Shown piece by piece: positions 13,013-24,191 of a DNA stretch of 64,000 bases. The stretch lies in NCBI GenBank assembly GCA_030390025.1, contig CM059431.1:106394001-106458000 (forward strand), written 5' to 3'. The translations under genes were made by a program, and so were the position numbers. Numbering within the stretch: the stretch's first letter is position 1; each line of letters begins with the position of its first letter. The notes beneath the pieces were generated by a model that was not told the DNA's origin, did not search any database, and was given only the letters and a program-made list of their open reading frames with translations. Source of the stretch: Squalus acanthias. Its lineage: Eukaryota.

Positions 13013-13435
13013 TGTCAGCTGTGGTTCAGTGGGTAGCACCCTCACCTCTAAGTCAAGAAGGTTGTGGGTTCAAGTCCCACCCCAGAGACTTTGCAGCACA
13101 ACTAATTGAGGCTGACACTCCAGTGCAGTATTGAGGGAGTGTCGGAGGTGCCGTCTTTTGGATGAGACGTTAAACCGAGGCCCTGTCTGCCCTCTCAGGT
13201 GGATGTAAAAGATCCCATGGCACTATTTCAAAGAAGAGCAGGGGAGAAATCCCTGGTGTCCTGGCCAATCAATATCACATTGCTGTTTGTGGGAGCTTGC
13301 TGTGCACAAATTGACTGCTGCGTTTCCTACATTACAACAGTGACTACACTTCAAAAGCACTTCATTGTCTGTAAAGCGCTTTTGGACGTCTGGGGGTTGT
13401 GAAAGGCGCTATATAAATGCAAGTCTTTCTTTTTT
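13013..13435 (+). mobile_element. Deu-domain SINE
   Basis: A/B boxes, Deu core and tail. Confidence 0.9.
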
Positions 13436-13811
13436 AATGGCAAGTCCAGTAGGTATGGAATCCCATTTCCATTTTCACACTCTTTCCTTCAGTGTTGATG
13501 ATTTTAAGCATCCACTGTGCCCAGGCACGCTAAAAATCAATGTACTTTTAACTTAAAACAGTGTTGATGTTTATTTCCTGTAATTTCAAAAGTGCATGGG
13601 TATTATTTGCTTAAAATGTGTGAAATTGAACCATCAATAGTTTGCAATTCATAGGCTTTGTATTTCTGGAATATCAAAGACTTCAGTCTCCAGAGGTATG
13701 TGTGAAACTATAACTTTTGTTTGAATTTCAAACCAATTCCTTCCTTTTAGAAATAAGATTGAAACAAAAGTTCTTGGAATAGTTTAGTGGATAAAAGCAC
13801 TGGTGCAGTAT

Positions 13812-14135
13812 TAAACCAGAAGGTCCTCCAGCCTGTGCTGATTGAGCTGATAGCAACGGGGCTGGAGATGTGGTGCTCCAACTGACTTCAGTGGTTTTGG
13901 GTTATCGGGGGGAGGGAGGAGGTGGGAAGGAAAATCATCTCCTGATCGCTGTCCAGTGACCCCCTGCTGGTCACAGTCAGGGCAGCAGTTGGGCCGTGTC
14001 GATTGAATCAGCGTGTCGGGTGGGGCCGAGCGAAATGATTCCTGCTCCAGATCAACATCCGCTGATTCCTGCCAGAAAGGCTGTGACATGAATCTGTCAT
14101 TCATGACTTATGAAATAATACTGAGTGGCCTGCGG
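13812..14135 (+). mobile_element. Old SINE-like repeat (family of 3500, 16530 and 17895) with an internal duplication
   Basis: ctcctgatcgctgtccagtgaccccctgctgg and a second ttcctgctccagatc...tgattcctgccag block. Confidence 0.45.
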
Positions 14136-14412
14136 GTGGCGCTGTCCAGGGAGAGTATAAATACTCGGGCACGGGCCCAGCTTGCGCAGGACATTCTTAA
14201 CAGGAACTAGTGAAGGACACAACTAGACCTCCATGTTGTAAAACAGTTGATTAAAGCTTTGTTTAATGCTTAGACCAAGTGCCTAGTAGTTTTCTTACAT
14301 CAGGCTGCATGTGTGAGAACACAGGGTGAGGAGAGGATTACAACATGGCTGCGACACCCAGCGTGAGTGAACAGCTTGCCCAGACTCAACTCTTTAAAGC
14401 ACACACAATGTC

Positions 14413-14586
14413 AGGGGGCAATTTTAACCTAACCGGACTGTCGGGAAATTGACGGGATCAGTTTTTACACCCCACCTGATTTTACCCTCCACCGCAGTCA
14501 ACGCCGAGTAATATTAGGCGGGGTTTAAAACCAGCGCTCCAACCAGTTCTGTAGATTTCCCACCTAGCGGGGTTAGGTTAAAGTTA
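14413..14586. mobile_element. Imperfect palindromic MITE-like element
   Basis: aattttaacctaacc ... ggttaggttaaagtt, plus internal accccacctgattttac / gtaatattaggcgggt symmetry. Confidence 0.6.
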
Positions 14587-14990
14587 AGGAGGCCATTCGG
14601 CCCATTGTGACTGTGTTGGCTCTTTGAAAGAGCTATCCAATTAGTCCCACTCTCCTGCTCTTTCCCCATAGCCCTGACTATTTCCCCTTTTCAGTATATA
14701 TCCAATTCCCTTTTGAAAGTTACTATTGAATCTGCTTCCATCACCCTTTCAGGCAGCACATTCCAGATCACAACAACTCGCTGTGTAAAAACATTTCTCC
14801 TCATCTCGCCTCTGGTTCTTTTGCCAATGACCTTAAATCTGTGTCGTCCGGTTGGCGACCCTCCCGACACTGGAATTAGTTTCTGCCTAGCTACTCTATC
14901 AAAAAACCCTTCAGAATTTTGAACGCCTCTATTAAATCTCCCCCTTCCCCTTCTCTGCTCTAAGGACAACAATCCCAGCATCTCTCGCCT
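14587..14990 (-). mobile_element. CR1 LINE 3' fragment
   Basis: ORF 14691-15011 ...FTQRVVVIWNVLPERVMEADSIVTFKRELDIY. Confidence 0.9.
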
Positions 14991-15391
14991 CTTCACATGA
15001 AGAGCAGCCACCTGATTGGGGCAGTGAAAGGGCTGTACCGTCCGTCAAACGTGTCCAAACCGCAGTCAGTGCCTTCAGGAGAGGAGGGGAGAAAGTGGGA
15101 GAAAACGGGACCAAAAAAGAATTGAGAGAACAACACAACTGAGGAAGCCCATGATATTTCAACAAAGTGGTGTGAAATATAATCTCTATTCAGCGAAGGT
15201 TCTGGAGTGTTAGAAGTTCATTATGCAAGTCCGTTGATTTCCGAAAGAGATTAATGATGGAGTTGAGTAACTCTATACCAGCTTCACAGTGTCAAAGTTC
15301 TAGTATATGTGACACACAATCAAGGAGCTTTAGGGGAGCTGGAAAATATTGAGTAAATCTGGTATTTAGCCATGGGGAAGCACAGTCAGTT

Positions 15392-16030
15392 AGAACATAG
15401 AAAACGTAGAAAAATAGAAGCAGGAGTCGGCCATTCGGCCCTTCGAGCCTGCTCCGCCATTCAGTATGATCATGGCTGATCCTCTATCTCAATACCATAT
15501 TCCCGCTCTCTCCCCATACCCCTTGATGCCTTTTGTGTCTAGAAATCTATCTATCTCCTTCTTAAATATATTCAGTGACTTGGCCTCCACAGCCTTCTGT
15601 GGTAAAGAATTCCAAAGGTTCACCACCCTCTGAGTGAAGGAATTTCTCCTCATCTCAATCCTAAATGTCCTACGCCATATCCTGAGACTGTGACCCCTCG
15701 TTCTAGACCCCCCCAGCCAGGGGAAACATCCTCCCTGCATCCAGTCTGTCTAGCCCTGTCAGAATTTTATACTTTTCCACGAGATCCCCTCTCATTCTTC
15801 TAAACTCTAGTGAATACAGGCCTAGTCGACCCAATCTCTCCTCATACGACAGTCCTGTCATCCCAGGAATCAGTCTGGTGAACCTTCGCTGCACTCCCTC
15901 TATGGCAAGTATATCCTCTCTTAGATAAGGAGACCAAAACTGCACACAGTGCTCCAGGTGTGGTCTCACCAAGGCCCTGTATAACTGTAGTAAGACATCC
16001 TTGCTCCTGTACTCAAATCCTCTTGCAATG
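15392..16030 (-). mobile_element. CR1 LINE 3' fragment
   Basis: [22 protein letters not shown]...RRMRGDL and RVVNLWNSLPQ; 3' UTR hairpin ggccattcggcc. Confidence 0.95.
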
Positions 16031-16529
16031 AAGTTGGAGTGTTGATGCGCGACACCACAGCCTGGTATGACGTGCAACCCCTTATCACTGGGATCTGGAT
16101 CTCAGCTGCATCCTGGTAGACTGTGCAAAGGTACCAAGCACAAGCCAAGCTTTTAGCCACAGGGAGGAGAAATTCAAAGGCAGACGCCTCCCCAGCCACC
16201 CTTACACAGCTTCTAATAGCGCTTTTCCGAATGGCATTGGTGGGGGGGGCAATGTGGGGGCAATTGGTGACCCAACTTTTCAGGATGAATGGTGCTTTGT
16301 TTGGGACAGAGACCATCAAGGAAAAAGAAGAAAGAAAATAGATGAAAGAGGGAGTGCACAGAGATAGGTTAATGGTGGTGACTCACCACTTTAATGCTAC
16401 ACTTTACATTCTCCTTTTCTCACCATTTTCAAGGGCAATGTGCTTCTTTTAAAATGTCTTAAAAAAATAAGGAGACTCCTGTCCTCCCTCTGAATGGTAA
16501 AAGAGGACAAATGCTTTTCTCACGGCGCA

Positions 16530-16795
16530 GATCACCGAGGTTCAAGGTTCTATTTTTACTCTATGATGAGTTGGTTCATCTCAGCTGAAGTGGGCAGACA
16601 GACTCTAGACCGAAGCTCAGTGCTCCAGAGTTAGGTGGAAAATAATCTGCCTGGGTTCCTGCTCCTGATCGCTATCCAACAACCTCCGCAGGTTCAGCTG
16701 TGATTCCTCCAAGAGTCAAGCACTCAGTTTTCAACATGCACACACGAATAATGGCCATCTGAGTGAGGCACTGATGCCCACGGAACCACATTCTA
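16530..16795 (+). mobile_element. Old SINE-like repeat (unnamed family)
   Basis: gggttcctgctcctgatcgctatcc motif shared with the 3500, 13812 and 17895 copies. Confidence 0.45.
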
Positions 16796-16824
16796 TCAAG
16801 GAGTCAACAGCTTCAGAAGGGGAG

Positions 16825-17023
16825 GAGGGAGGAAATTGGTGAGAAGCGAAAAAAACACAAAAAATCGAACGGCAGTGATTTCCTCGATCTCCGGCTGTAA
16901 CTTCGGAGGAAGATCAGCGGAAACTCGGGCGAAACGCATCAACAGCTGTTGCCGCCATTTCTCTAGTGTTTCCAGCAAAGTTACAGCGGGCGATTGGGGA
17001 ATGCTCGCAAGACTTTCTACCCC
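16825..17023. mobile_element. Imperfect palindromic MITE-like element
   Basis: ctgtaactt...ggaaac / gtttcc...aagttacag symmetry; related to 44851-45500. Confidence 0.5.
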
Positions 17024-17242
17024 AAAATGGAAACCGAAGTCTTGTTAACAGTTGCTCTGCACCTCCTCCCTGTGGATTTGACCTTTTCTGCAGCAACCAG
17101 TTCAGCTGCTGGATGGTACAACGACACCATCAACTAATGGTCAATTGGAGATTTTGATAAAAGAAAAATGAGGCTACAAATCTACAGAACAGAATATAGG
17201 GACATGAAAGTGCCCTGCTTCAGGCAGCTACGACCAAATATA

Positions 17243-17891
17243 GGGCCGTATATTCCGTAGGGACATCGGAAATGCCGGTTTCAGGCATGCCAAGCGCATG
17301 CGCTAAAAACCAGCATTTCAGATCGGACGCCTGCTCTGGAGAAGGGCCTCTGTGGGCGGATAGTTCCGCTTTCTGGAGACCCTCCGCCGGCAGAAAATCC
17401 TTATAAATCTTACGCCTGGTAAAAGCAGGCATAAGGCCTGCTTTTACCAGCATAAGATTTGAAAAAAAGTTAAAGAAAAAGGTTTAAAAAAAGGTAAGAT
17501 TATTTTTAGCCCCGTAAAAACCTTTAATTATAATTTTTTTTTAATTTGTTTAAAATATTTAATTTATTGTAATTTCAACTAATATTAAAAATGTGATTTA
17601 AAAAAAAAATGTATTTAATGTTTTACAGTGTTTTTTCATTGATCTCCATTCATATATTTGACAGGTCTATCTGTCAAGTGTATGAAGGGAGATTCCCTTC
17701 TTTGATTGGCTCCCTATGGCCCACGTGATCCCAGGGATGCTTGCGAACTGCCTGCGCCTCTGGGATACGTGGGCCCTGCGCATTTCGAGTTTGGAGAGGC
17801 CCAGGAGCGGAAGTGTCCGGACCTCGGGAGCCCTCAGTTAAGTTCGTAGATTTTTTCCAGACCAGAGGCCTCCGCACGGAAAATACGGCCC
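17243..17891. mobile_element. Non-autonomous DNA transposon with GGG-starting TIRs (PIF/Harbinger-like)
   Basis: TIR gggccgtatattccgt / acggaaaatacggccc; ata on both flanks; internal hairpin ctggtaaaagcaggc...gcctgcttttaccag. Confidence 0.75.
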
Positions 17892-17894
17892 ATA

Positions 17895-18190
17895 GCATCA
17901 ACCCTTTGGTACTGGTAGACTGCAAGGCAATTGAAGTAGAAATGGTAAACTGATCGAGACAATCCAGGGCCTTGCTCAAGTGCCCATTCTTGATGCCCAG
18001 ACAGGTGTTGTTTACGGACTGTGGGGCATCACATCTGAGCTTGATCCTGTCCTTATCCAACATCCAAACAAGCATATTTTAGTGATCAGGAGCAGGAACC
18101 CTGATTTATATTTTTCCCTTCCTATTTCAGTAATTGCGAGGCCAGTTAAATTTCCTCCTACTGCTTGTTAGTCAGCAACAGAGAGCAATT
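17895..18190 (-). mobile_element. Old SINE-like repeat (unnamed family)
   Basis: Reverse complement contains aaatcagggttcctgctcctgatcac. Confidence 0.45.
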
Positions 18191-18256
18191 ACTAGGGTTT
18201 TTTCCTGGATTCTGTGACTCAATATTGTATCACATCTTGCTTTGAATTCAGTGAGC

Positions 18257-18670
18257 CGGTTATTTTCTTTGGAAACTTTGGAGGCTGAGGGGAGATTTAA
18301 AATTATATAAAATTATGAGGAGCCTAGATAGAGTGGATAGGAAGGACCTATTTCCCTTAGCAGAGAGGTCGATAACCAGGGGGCATAGATTTAAAGTAAT
18401 TGGTAGAAGGATTAGAGGGGAGTTGAGGAGAAATGTTTTCACCCAGAGGGTGGTGGGGGTCTGGAACTCACTGCCTGAAAGGGTAGTAGAGGCAGAAACC
18501 CTCATCACATTTAAAAAGTACTTGGATATGCACTTGAAGTGCTGTAACCTACAGGGCTACGGACCAAGAGCTGGAAAGTGGGTTTAGGCTGGATAGCTCT
18601 TTTTCGGCCGGCACAGACACGATGGGCTGAATGGCCTCCTTCTGTGCCGTAAATTTCTATGATTTCTATG
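18257..18670 (+). mobile_element. CR1 LINE 3' fragment
   Basis: ORF 18315-18587; tail ttctatgatttctatga; same subfamily as 7128. Confidence 0.93.
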
Positions 18671-19293
18671 AGCCATTGAGAGACCATTAACTCATTGGTA
18701 TCAATTCTTCTGCACAGTAAAATTGAGCTTCAGGTGCATTTTGACCATTCATTGGCAACAGCCATGGATGCTTGTGGGAGAGAGTTTCCTTGCAGATTCT
18801 CTCCCCCTCCATTCCTGAACACATTGGCCCAGATTCTTTGATTGTAATGTCAATGGTAGCCCATTTGAAATGATCTAGATAATCTAGGCCGTCGTCCCTT
18901 TACCGGGGGTACGATTCCATGGGCAACTGTGAGGCCTCTAGTACCTCCGCAAATAGCCATTGTGGGTGAGCCTTGGCTTTGAGAGTCAGCTTGATTTCAC
19001 GTTGCTTTTAAAATTGCTGAAGGGCTCAGCCTGAAGCGTTAATCTCGCTGAGTGACTTGTTGGGGCTGTCCAGCAATTCCTGGAGCTGTTTGAGGAGTTT
19101 TCTGTACTAGTAATGAGATTTAAATGTGTCTGGAATTGCCCTGGAATTTCGGGCAGCAGTGGTGCTATCACTATTCAAGGAACTCTCCACAATCATCCGT
19201 GTGGGTGAGGAGGACAACATCTACTTTGATACTTGTTTTTACTGTGCAGATTAAATAAGTTAATGAGAGGAATATAGAATATATTTGAAACGT

Positions 19294-19676
19294 AAGGGGT
19301 GATCTAATTGAGGTATTTAATGATTAAAATATTTGATAGGGTAGATAGAGAAAAACTATTTCTTCTGGTTGGGGGAGTCCAGAACAAGGGGGCAGAACCT
19401 TAAAATTAGAGCGAGGCCATTCAGGGGTGATGTCAGCAAGCAATACTTCACATAAAGGGTAGTGGAAAATCTGGAACTCTCTCATCCAAAAAGGCTGTTG
19501 AGGCTGGAGGTCAATTGAAAATTTCAAAACTGAGATTGATAGATTTTTGTTAGGAAAGGGTATTAAGGGTAACGAAACCTAGGCGGGTAAATGGAGTTAG
19601 GATACAGATCATCCACGATCTAATTGAATAGAACAGGCTCGAGGGGCTGAACGGCCTACCCCTGCTCCTGTGTTCT
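19294..19676 (+). mobile_element. CR1 LINE 3' fragment
   Basis: ggggtgatctaattgagg ... aggctcgaggggctgaacggcctac 3' end. Confidence 0.88.
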
Positions 19677-20319
19677 GCGTATTAAACAGAGGTTGCTTCG
19701 AGCCCGAAGATTCCCTCTAAACACACAGAACGCACTTTGCATTTTATTTTCAAGTAACGTATATTGTACTTGTCAAAAAACAGACAATAAAACACAACTG
19801 CGCTCAACCAAACCTTCTAGATTCACAATAGATATAAACTAAAGCTTTGTAGCACAAAATCACTATTCAACCAAAATGCAACTTTAATGCTCAGCAGTAA
19901 TTTAACATTTCCGAACATGTTTGTGACTGCATACAGACATAAAGAGACATTAAAAAATAGCTGGTGTTTGAGACAAGCCTTACATCGTTATTTAGGCCTT
20001 GAGTTTAACAGCAGATGACTAGCTAAATGCTAGCAGGCTGTTTCTATTTTATCGGCTCATTACCAGCTGCTGGCAATATTGTGCTGTTGCGCCTGGAATT
20101 CCCTTGTGTCCCCAGCGTCGTAGTATTATGGTCTAGGTAGGGGAGGAGGGTGGGAGGAGTCATTCATTATGGTGGACTATTCTACAATGTTCTGTAATTG
20201 CACATAAAAAAAACTTATTTGACACGATCCTGCTGATGGAGAGAGAACAGAAAACTGCTTGTTGCACTTAACAGCGATGAAGACGTGCTACCTATGCTGG
20301 AACAACACTTGGAGTACTT

Positions 20320-20750
20320 AGGAACATAGGGACAGGAGTAGGCCATTCAGCCTCTCGAGCCTGTTCCGCCATTCAACTAGATCATGGCTGATCTGTATCT
20401 TAACTCCATCTACTCGCCAAAGTTTCGTAACCCTTAATACCCTTGCCGAACTAAAATCTAGCAATCTCAGTTTTTAAATTTTCAATTGACCCCCAGCCTC
20501 AACCAATTTTTGGGGGAGAGAGTTCCAGATTTTCCACTACCCTTTGTGTGAAGAAGTGCTTCCTGACATCACCCCTGAGCAGCCCGGCTCTAATTTTTAA
20601 GGTTATGCCTCTTTGTTCTGGACTCTCCCAACAGAGGAAATGGTTTCTCTCCATCTACCCTAACAACTCCTTCAATCACCTTAAACACTTCAATTAGATC
20701 ACCCCTTAATCATCTATATTCAAGGGAATACAAGTCTAGTCTCTGCAACA
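20320..20750 (-). mobile_element. CR1 LINE 3' fragment
   Basis: Reverse complement of the 19294-19676 subfamily. Confidence 0.88.
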
Positions 20751-20914
20751 TTGATTCTTGCGCAGGTACAAAATTCCATTTAGTGAGGGATAAAAACGGG
20801 TATATCTTGATCTTCAGGGAAGAATCTTTTTTTTCCCTCTCGTTATAGTGGCTGTCGGCCATTTTGTTGCCTTAGTGGTGAAACGCCAACCAACCATGAT
20901 GTACCTGTAATTAT

Positions 20915-21132
20915 GTGAGAAGTCGCACAACACCAGGTTATAGTCCAACAGGTTTATTTGAAATCACAAGCTTTCGGAGCGCTGCTCCTTCGTCAGGTGA
21001 AGTCACTTCACCTGACGAAGGAGCAGCGCTCCGAAAGCTTGTGATTTCAAATAAAACTGTTGGACTATAACCTGGTGTTGTGCGACTTCTCACATTTGTC
21101 CACCCCAGTCCAACACCGGCATCTCCGCATCA
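20915..21132. mobile_element. Penelope family B fold-back pLTR insertion (palindrome plus 37-nt tail)
   Basis: 91-bp arms 20913-21003 and 21005-21095 with one mismatch; 13-bp TSD tacctgtaattat (20902-20914, 21133-21145); homologous to the termini of the PLE at 53765-55263. Confidence 0.9.
21008..21044 (+). ncRNA. Minimal hammerhead ribozyme motif (PLE family B); mirror copy on the minus strand at 20964-21000
   Basis: UCAC CUGACGA A GGAGC agc GCUCC GAAA GC UU GUGA. Confidence 0.72.
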
Positions 21133-22118
21133 TACCTGTAATTATACTGCTTTCAGAATCTCAAACAGTTAATGAGCTGCGTAACTGGGCTCAATGTTGA
21201 AGATGTTGTTGATCCAGATGTGGAGTGCAGGACTGCGGAAAACTCAAACGCTTACGAATATCAAGACGCAATGCTGAGATATCCAGTTTATTGCCCTGTA
21301 ATGCAGCTCTTAGTAGATAGCATCAGAGACACTGTATGCAAACTTTTAAATGAATGAATAAATTTCCATAAATGGCAAATAATCTCCTTGTCTGCATATG
21401 GACATGACGATCAGATATGGAGATACATTTAAGTGTCTGTTGGGGAGATTTTCTTCGAAAGTAATTGCAACTTTCTTCAGTATATTTAAATAACAGTTTT
21501 TTTCTTTAATCCCCAAAACAATATTTTAAGCGTACCAACATTAAAGAGTGTTGTTAATATATCAGAGGTGAAACTGATAATATTTTACCAGTAATCTGCT
21601 ATATGTGTGTATAGCATGGCAGTCAATTCATTAATGCGCATGCAAAGTAGGTGATATTTTAAATATTACATAAATAACTAAATTCCAGTATTAAGATTAA
21701 CGTATTCATAACTGTAATTCTGAGAGTCAGCGAGGATTTAAAACAGAACAAATGGAACAATCAGGATTTAATAAAATAAGATTTGTAAAGTACTAACAGA
21801 CCTCCCGCCATACTGCTCATGTCGAGACTGGGATAGGTTAAAGAGTGACGCACCAGAAGTAAGTGCAATGTTTACATGAAATGGTAGCTATACAGATGAC
21901 TTTTAATATATTATAAATCTGGCATGCTGACAACATGAAGGTAACTAAAGATGTCTGTTCATATTCTTTGTTATTAGCACAAATAGAAGTATAGATTTTT
22001 GCTCATTCCCAAGGTTCAATTGTCTCCCCTGTTCTCCCCATTCTGGGACACAGTGATCATGTTCTGTGTTTATCAGATGAATGATCCTTGAAGAGGGGGT
22101 CAAAGAGGAAGTAATCTG

Positions 22119-23650
22119 GAGATAACAACAGAAAACGGTGGAAAAACTCAGCAGGCCAGGCAGCATCCATGGAGAGAGAAAGAGAGTTAACGTTTCAGGT
22201 CGATGACCTTTCATCAGAACTGGGAAGAGCCGGAAATCAAATAGATTTAAGGCCAGGGTAAAGCTGGGAAAAGGGGGAGGGGATAAAGGAACAAAGGGGG
22301 AGATGAAGAGACATTAAGAGACATTAAGAGATATGCAAGGCTAGAGGTGGTGTTAATGTGACAGATTAAGGCTGAATGAAGTGTGAAATCCACTGGCAGA
22401 ATGAAGGACAGCTGCCAGCTTCTAGGAGGAAAAAAAAAGGTGGGGGGGGGACAAATAAAAGGGTGGATAAAATAAAATATAAATGTGATTGGAGCTGATC
22501 TAAAATTGTTGAACTCGATATTGAGTCCAGAGGGCTGTAGCATGCCTAAACGAAAGATGAGGTGCTGTTCCTCGAGCTTACGCTGAGCTTCCGTGGAACA
22601 GTGTAATAGGTCGAGGACGGTGAGGTCAGAGTGGGAGTGAAGCGGTAAATTAAAGTGACAGGCCACCGGGAGCTCGGGGTCCCCCTTACGGACTGAACGG
22701 AGGTGTTCCGCAAAGCGGTCACCCAATCTGCGTTTGGTCTCCCCAATGTAGAGGAGTCCACATCGTGAGCAGCGAATACAGTATACTAAATTGCAGGAAG
22801 TACAAGTAAATCGCTGTTTCACCTGGAAGGGGTGTTTGGGGCCCTGGACAGTGGGAAGAGGGGAGGTATAAGGGCATGTGTTGCATCTCCTGCGCATGCA
22901 TGGGAAGGTACCGGGCGAAGGGGAAGGGGTGCTGGGGGTGGTAGAGGAGTGGACTAGGGTGTCGCGGAGGGAGCGGTCCCTACGGAATGCTGAAAGGGGA
23001 GGTGAGGGGAAGATGTGTTTGGTGGTGGGATCACGCTGGAGGTGGCGGAAATGGCGGAGGATGATCCGTTGAATGTGGAGGCTGGTGGGGTGAAAGGTGT
23101 GGACAAGGGGAACCCTATCGTGGTTCCGGGAGGGAGGGGCAGGGGTGAGGGCAGATGTGCGGGAGATAGAACGGACACGGTCGAGGGCCGTGTCGACCAC
23201 GGTAGAGGGGAATCCTCGGTTGAGGAAAAAGGAAGACATGTCGGAAGCACTGGTATGGAAGGTGGCATCATCAGAGCAGATGCAGCGGAGACGGAGAAAC
23301 TGGGAGAATGGAATAGAGTCCTTACAGGAGGCGGGGTGGGAGGAAGTGTAGTCCAGGTAGCTGTGGGAGTCGGTGGGCTTGTAGTGAATGTTAGTCAATA
23401 ACCTATCCCCAGAGATGGAGATGGAGAAGTCGAGGAAGGGAAGGGAAGAGTCGGAGATGGACCATGTGAAGGTGAGGGAAGGGTGGAAATTGGAAGCATA
23501 GTGAATGAAATGTTCTAGTTCAGGGCGAGAGCAGGAGACGGCACCGATACAGTCATCAATGTACCGGAAAAAGAGGTGAGGGAGGGGACCCGAGTAGGAC
23601 TGGAACAAAGAGTGTTCCACATATCCCACGAAAAGGCAGGCATAGCTAGG
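22119..23650 (-). mobile_element. Penelope-like retroelement family A, 5'-truncated: RT C-terminal half, GIY-YIG endonuclease and pLTR
   Basis: Within ORF 22247-24061: PSYACLFVG, RYIDD, LPFLD, HYKPTDSHSYLDYTSSHP, C-x3-R-C-x2-C linker, LVYCIRC...LYIGETKRRLGDRFAEH, PSGLN; pLTR at about 22119-22226. Confidence 0.95.
22185..22221 (-). ncRNA. Minimal hammerhead ribozyme motif (PLE family A)
   Basis: Reverse complement: AGUU CUGAUGA A AGGUC auc GACCU GAAA CG UU AACU. Confidence 0.72.
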
Positions 23651-23654
23651 ATCT

Positions 23655-23918
23655 GAAGAATCAGGAGAAGGAAAACCAGATAAGAACCGAGCTGGATATT
23701 TTAAAAGTGAGAGAGAACTAGAAATGAAGGGAAGGGATAACGAATCTGAAAGGGAGAGAAAAAACACAGAGGAATAGAGATGGAAATGACTCAACACAAA
23801 GAGAGAGAGAAAAGAAAGCCAAATTGATCTGAAGAACCAACTGAAAGATGAACCAAAAGAAGCAGGGCTGGAGAATCTAAAGGAATAACAGAGAGAAAGA
23901 AAAAAAGAAAGGAGGAAG

Positions 23919-23949
<31 letters not shown>

Positions 23950-23960
23950 GCAAAGAGAGG
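23655..23960 (+). repeat. Purine-rich low-complexity tract ending in (GAAA)n
   Basis: Directly visible. Confidence 0.85.
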
Positions 23961-24191
23961 ATGAGTTGGAGACTTTGATGGGCCATGGTGGAGGGAGACA
24001 CATGGGATGTGTGTGCAGCTGGATGCCTCTTTATACTCCAACATTGATTACTTTCCAGCAACAGCTACTAGTGGTTTCTACTCTTGCTCTTCTTTCTCAA
24101 GATGAAATACTGCTCTGATTGGGAGCTAACAATTGACTTGTTTTTATTCTCTGCTGAGCAAAACTACATGTGTTTTTTCACATAGACCTTG

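Noticed and set aside
20913..21095. Palindrome as a pre-miRNA, DNA-transposon MITE or CRISPR-like repeat
   Set aside because: The sequence matches the terminal repeat of an RT/GIY-YIG element, has an asymmetric tail and 11-13 bp TSDs, and has no spacer array.
23651..24061. Hydrophobic 'transmembrane-like' N-terminus of the 604-aa ORF
   Set aside because: It is the translation of the complement of a GA-rich/(GAAA)n tract, with no protein-like complexity.
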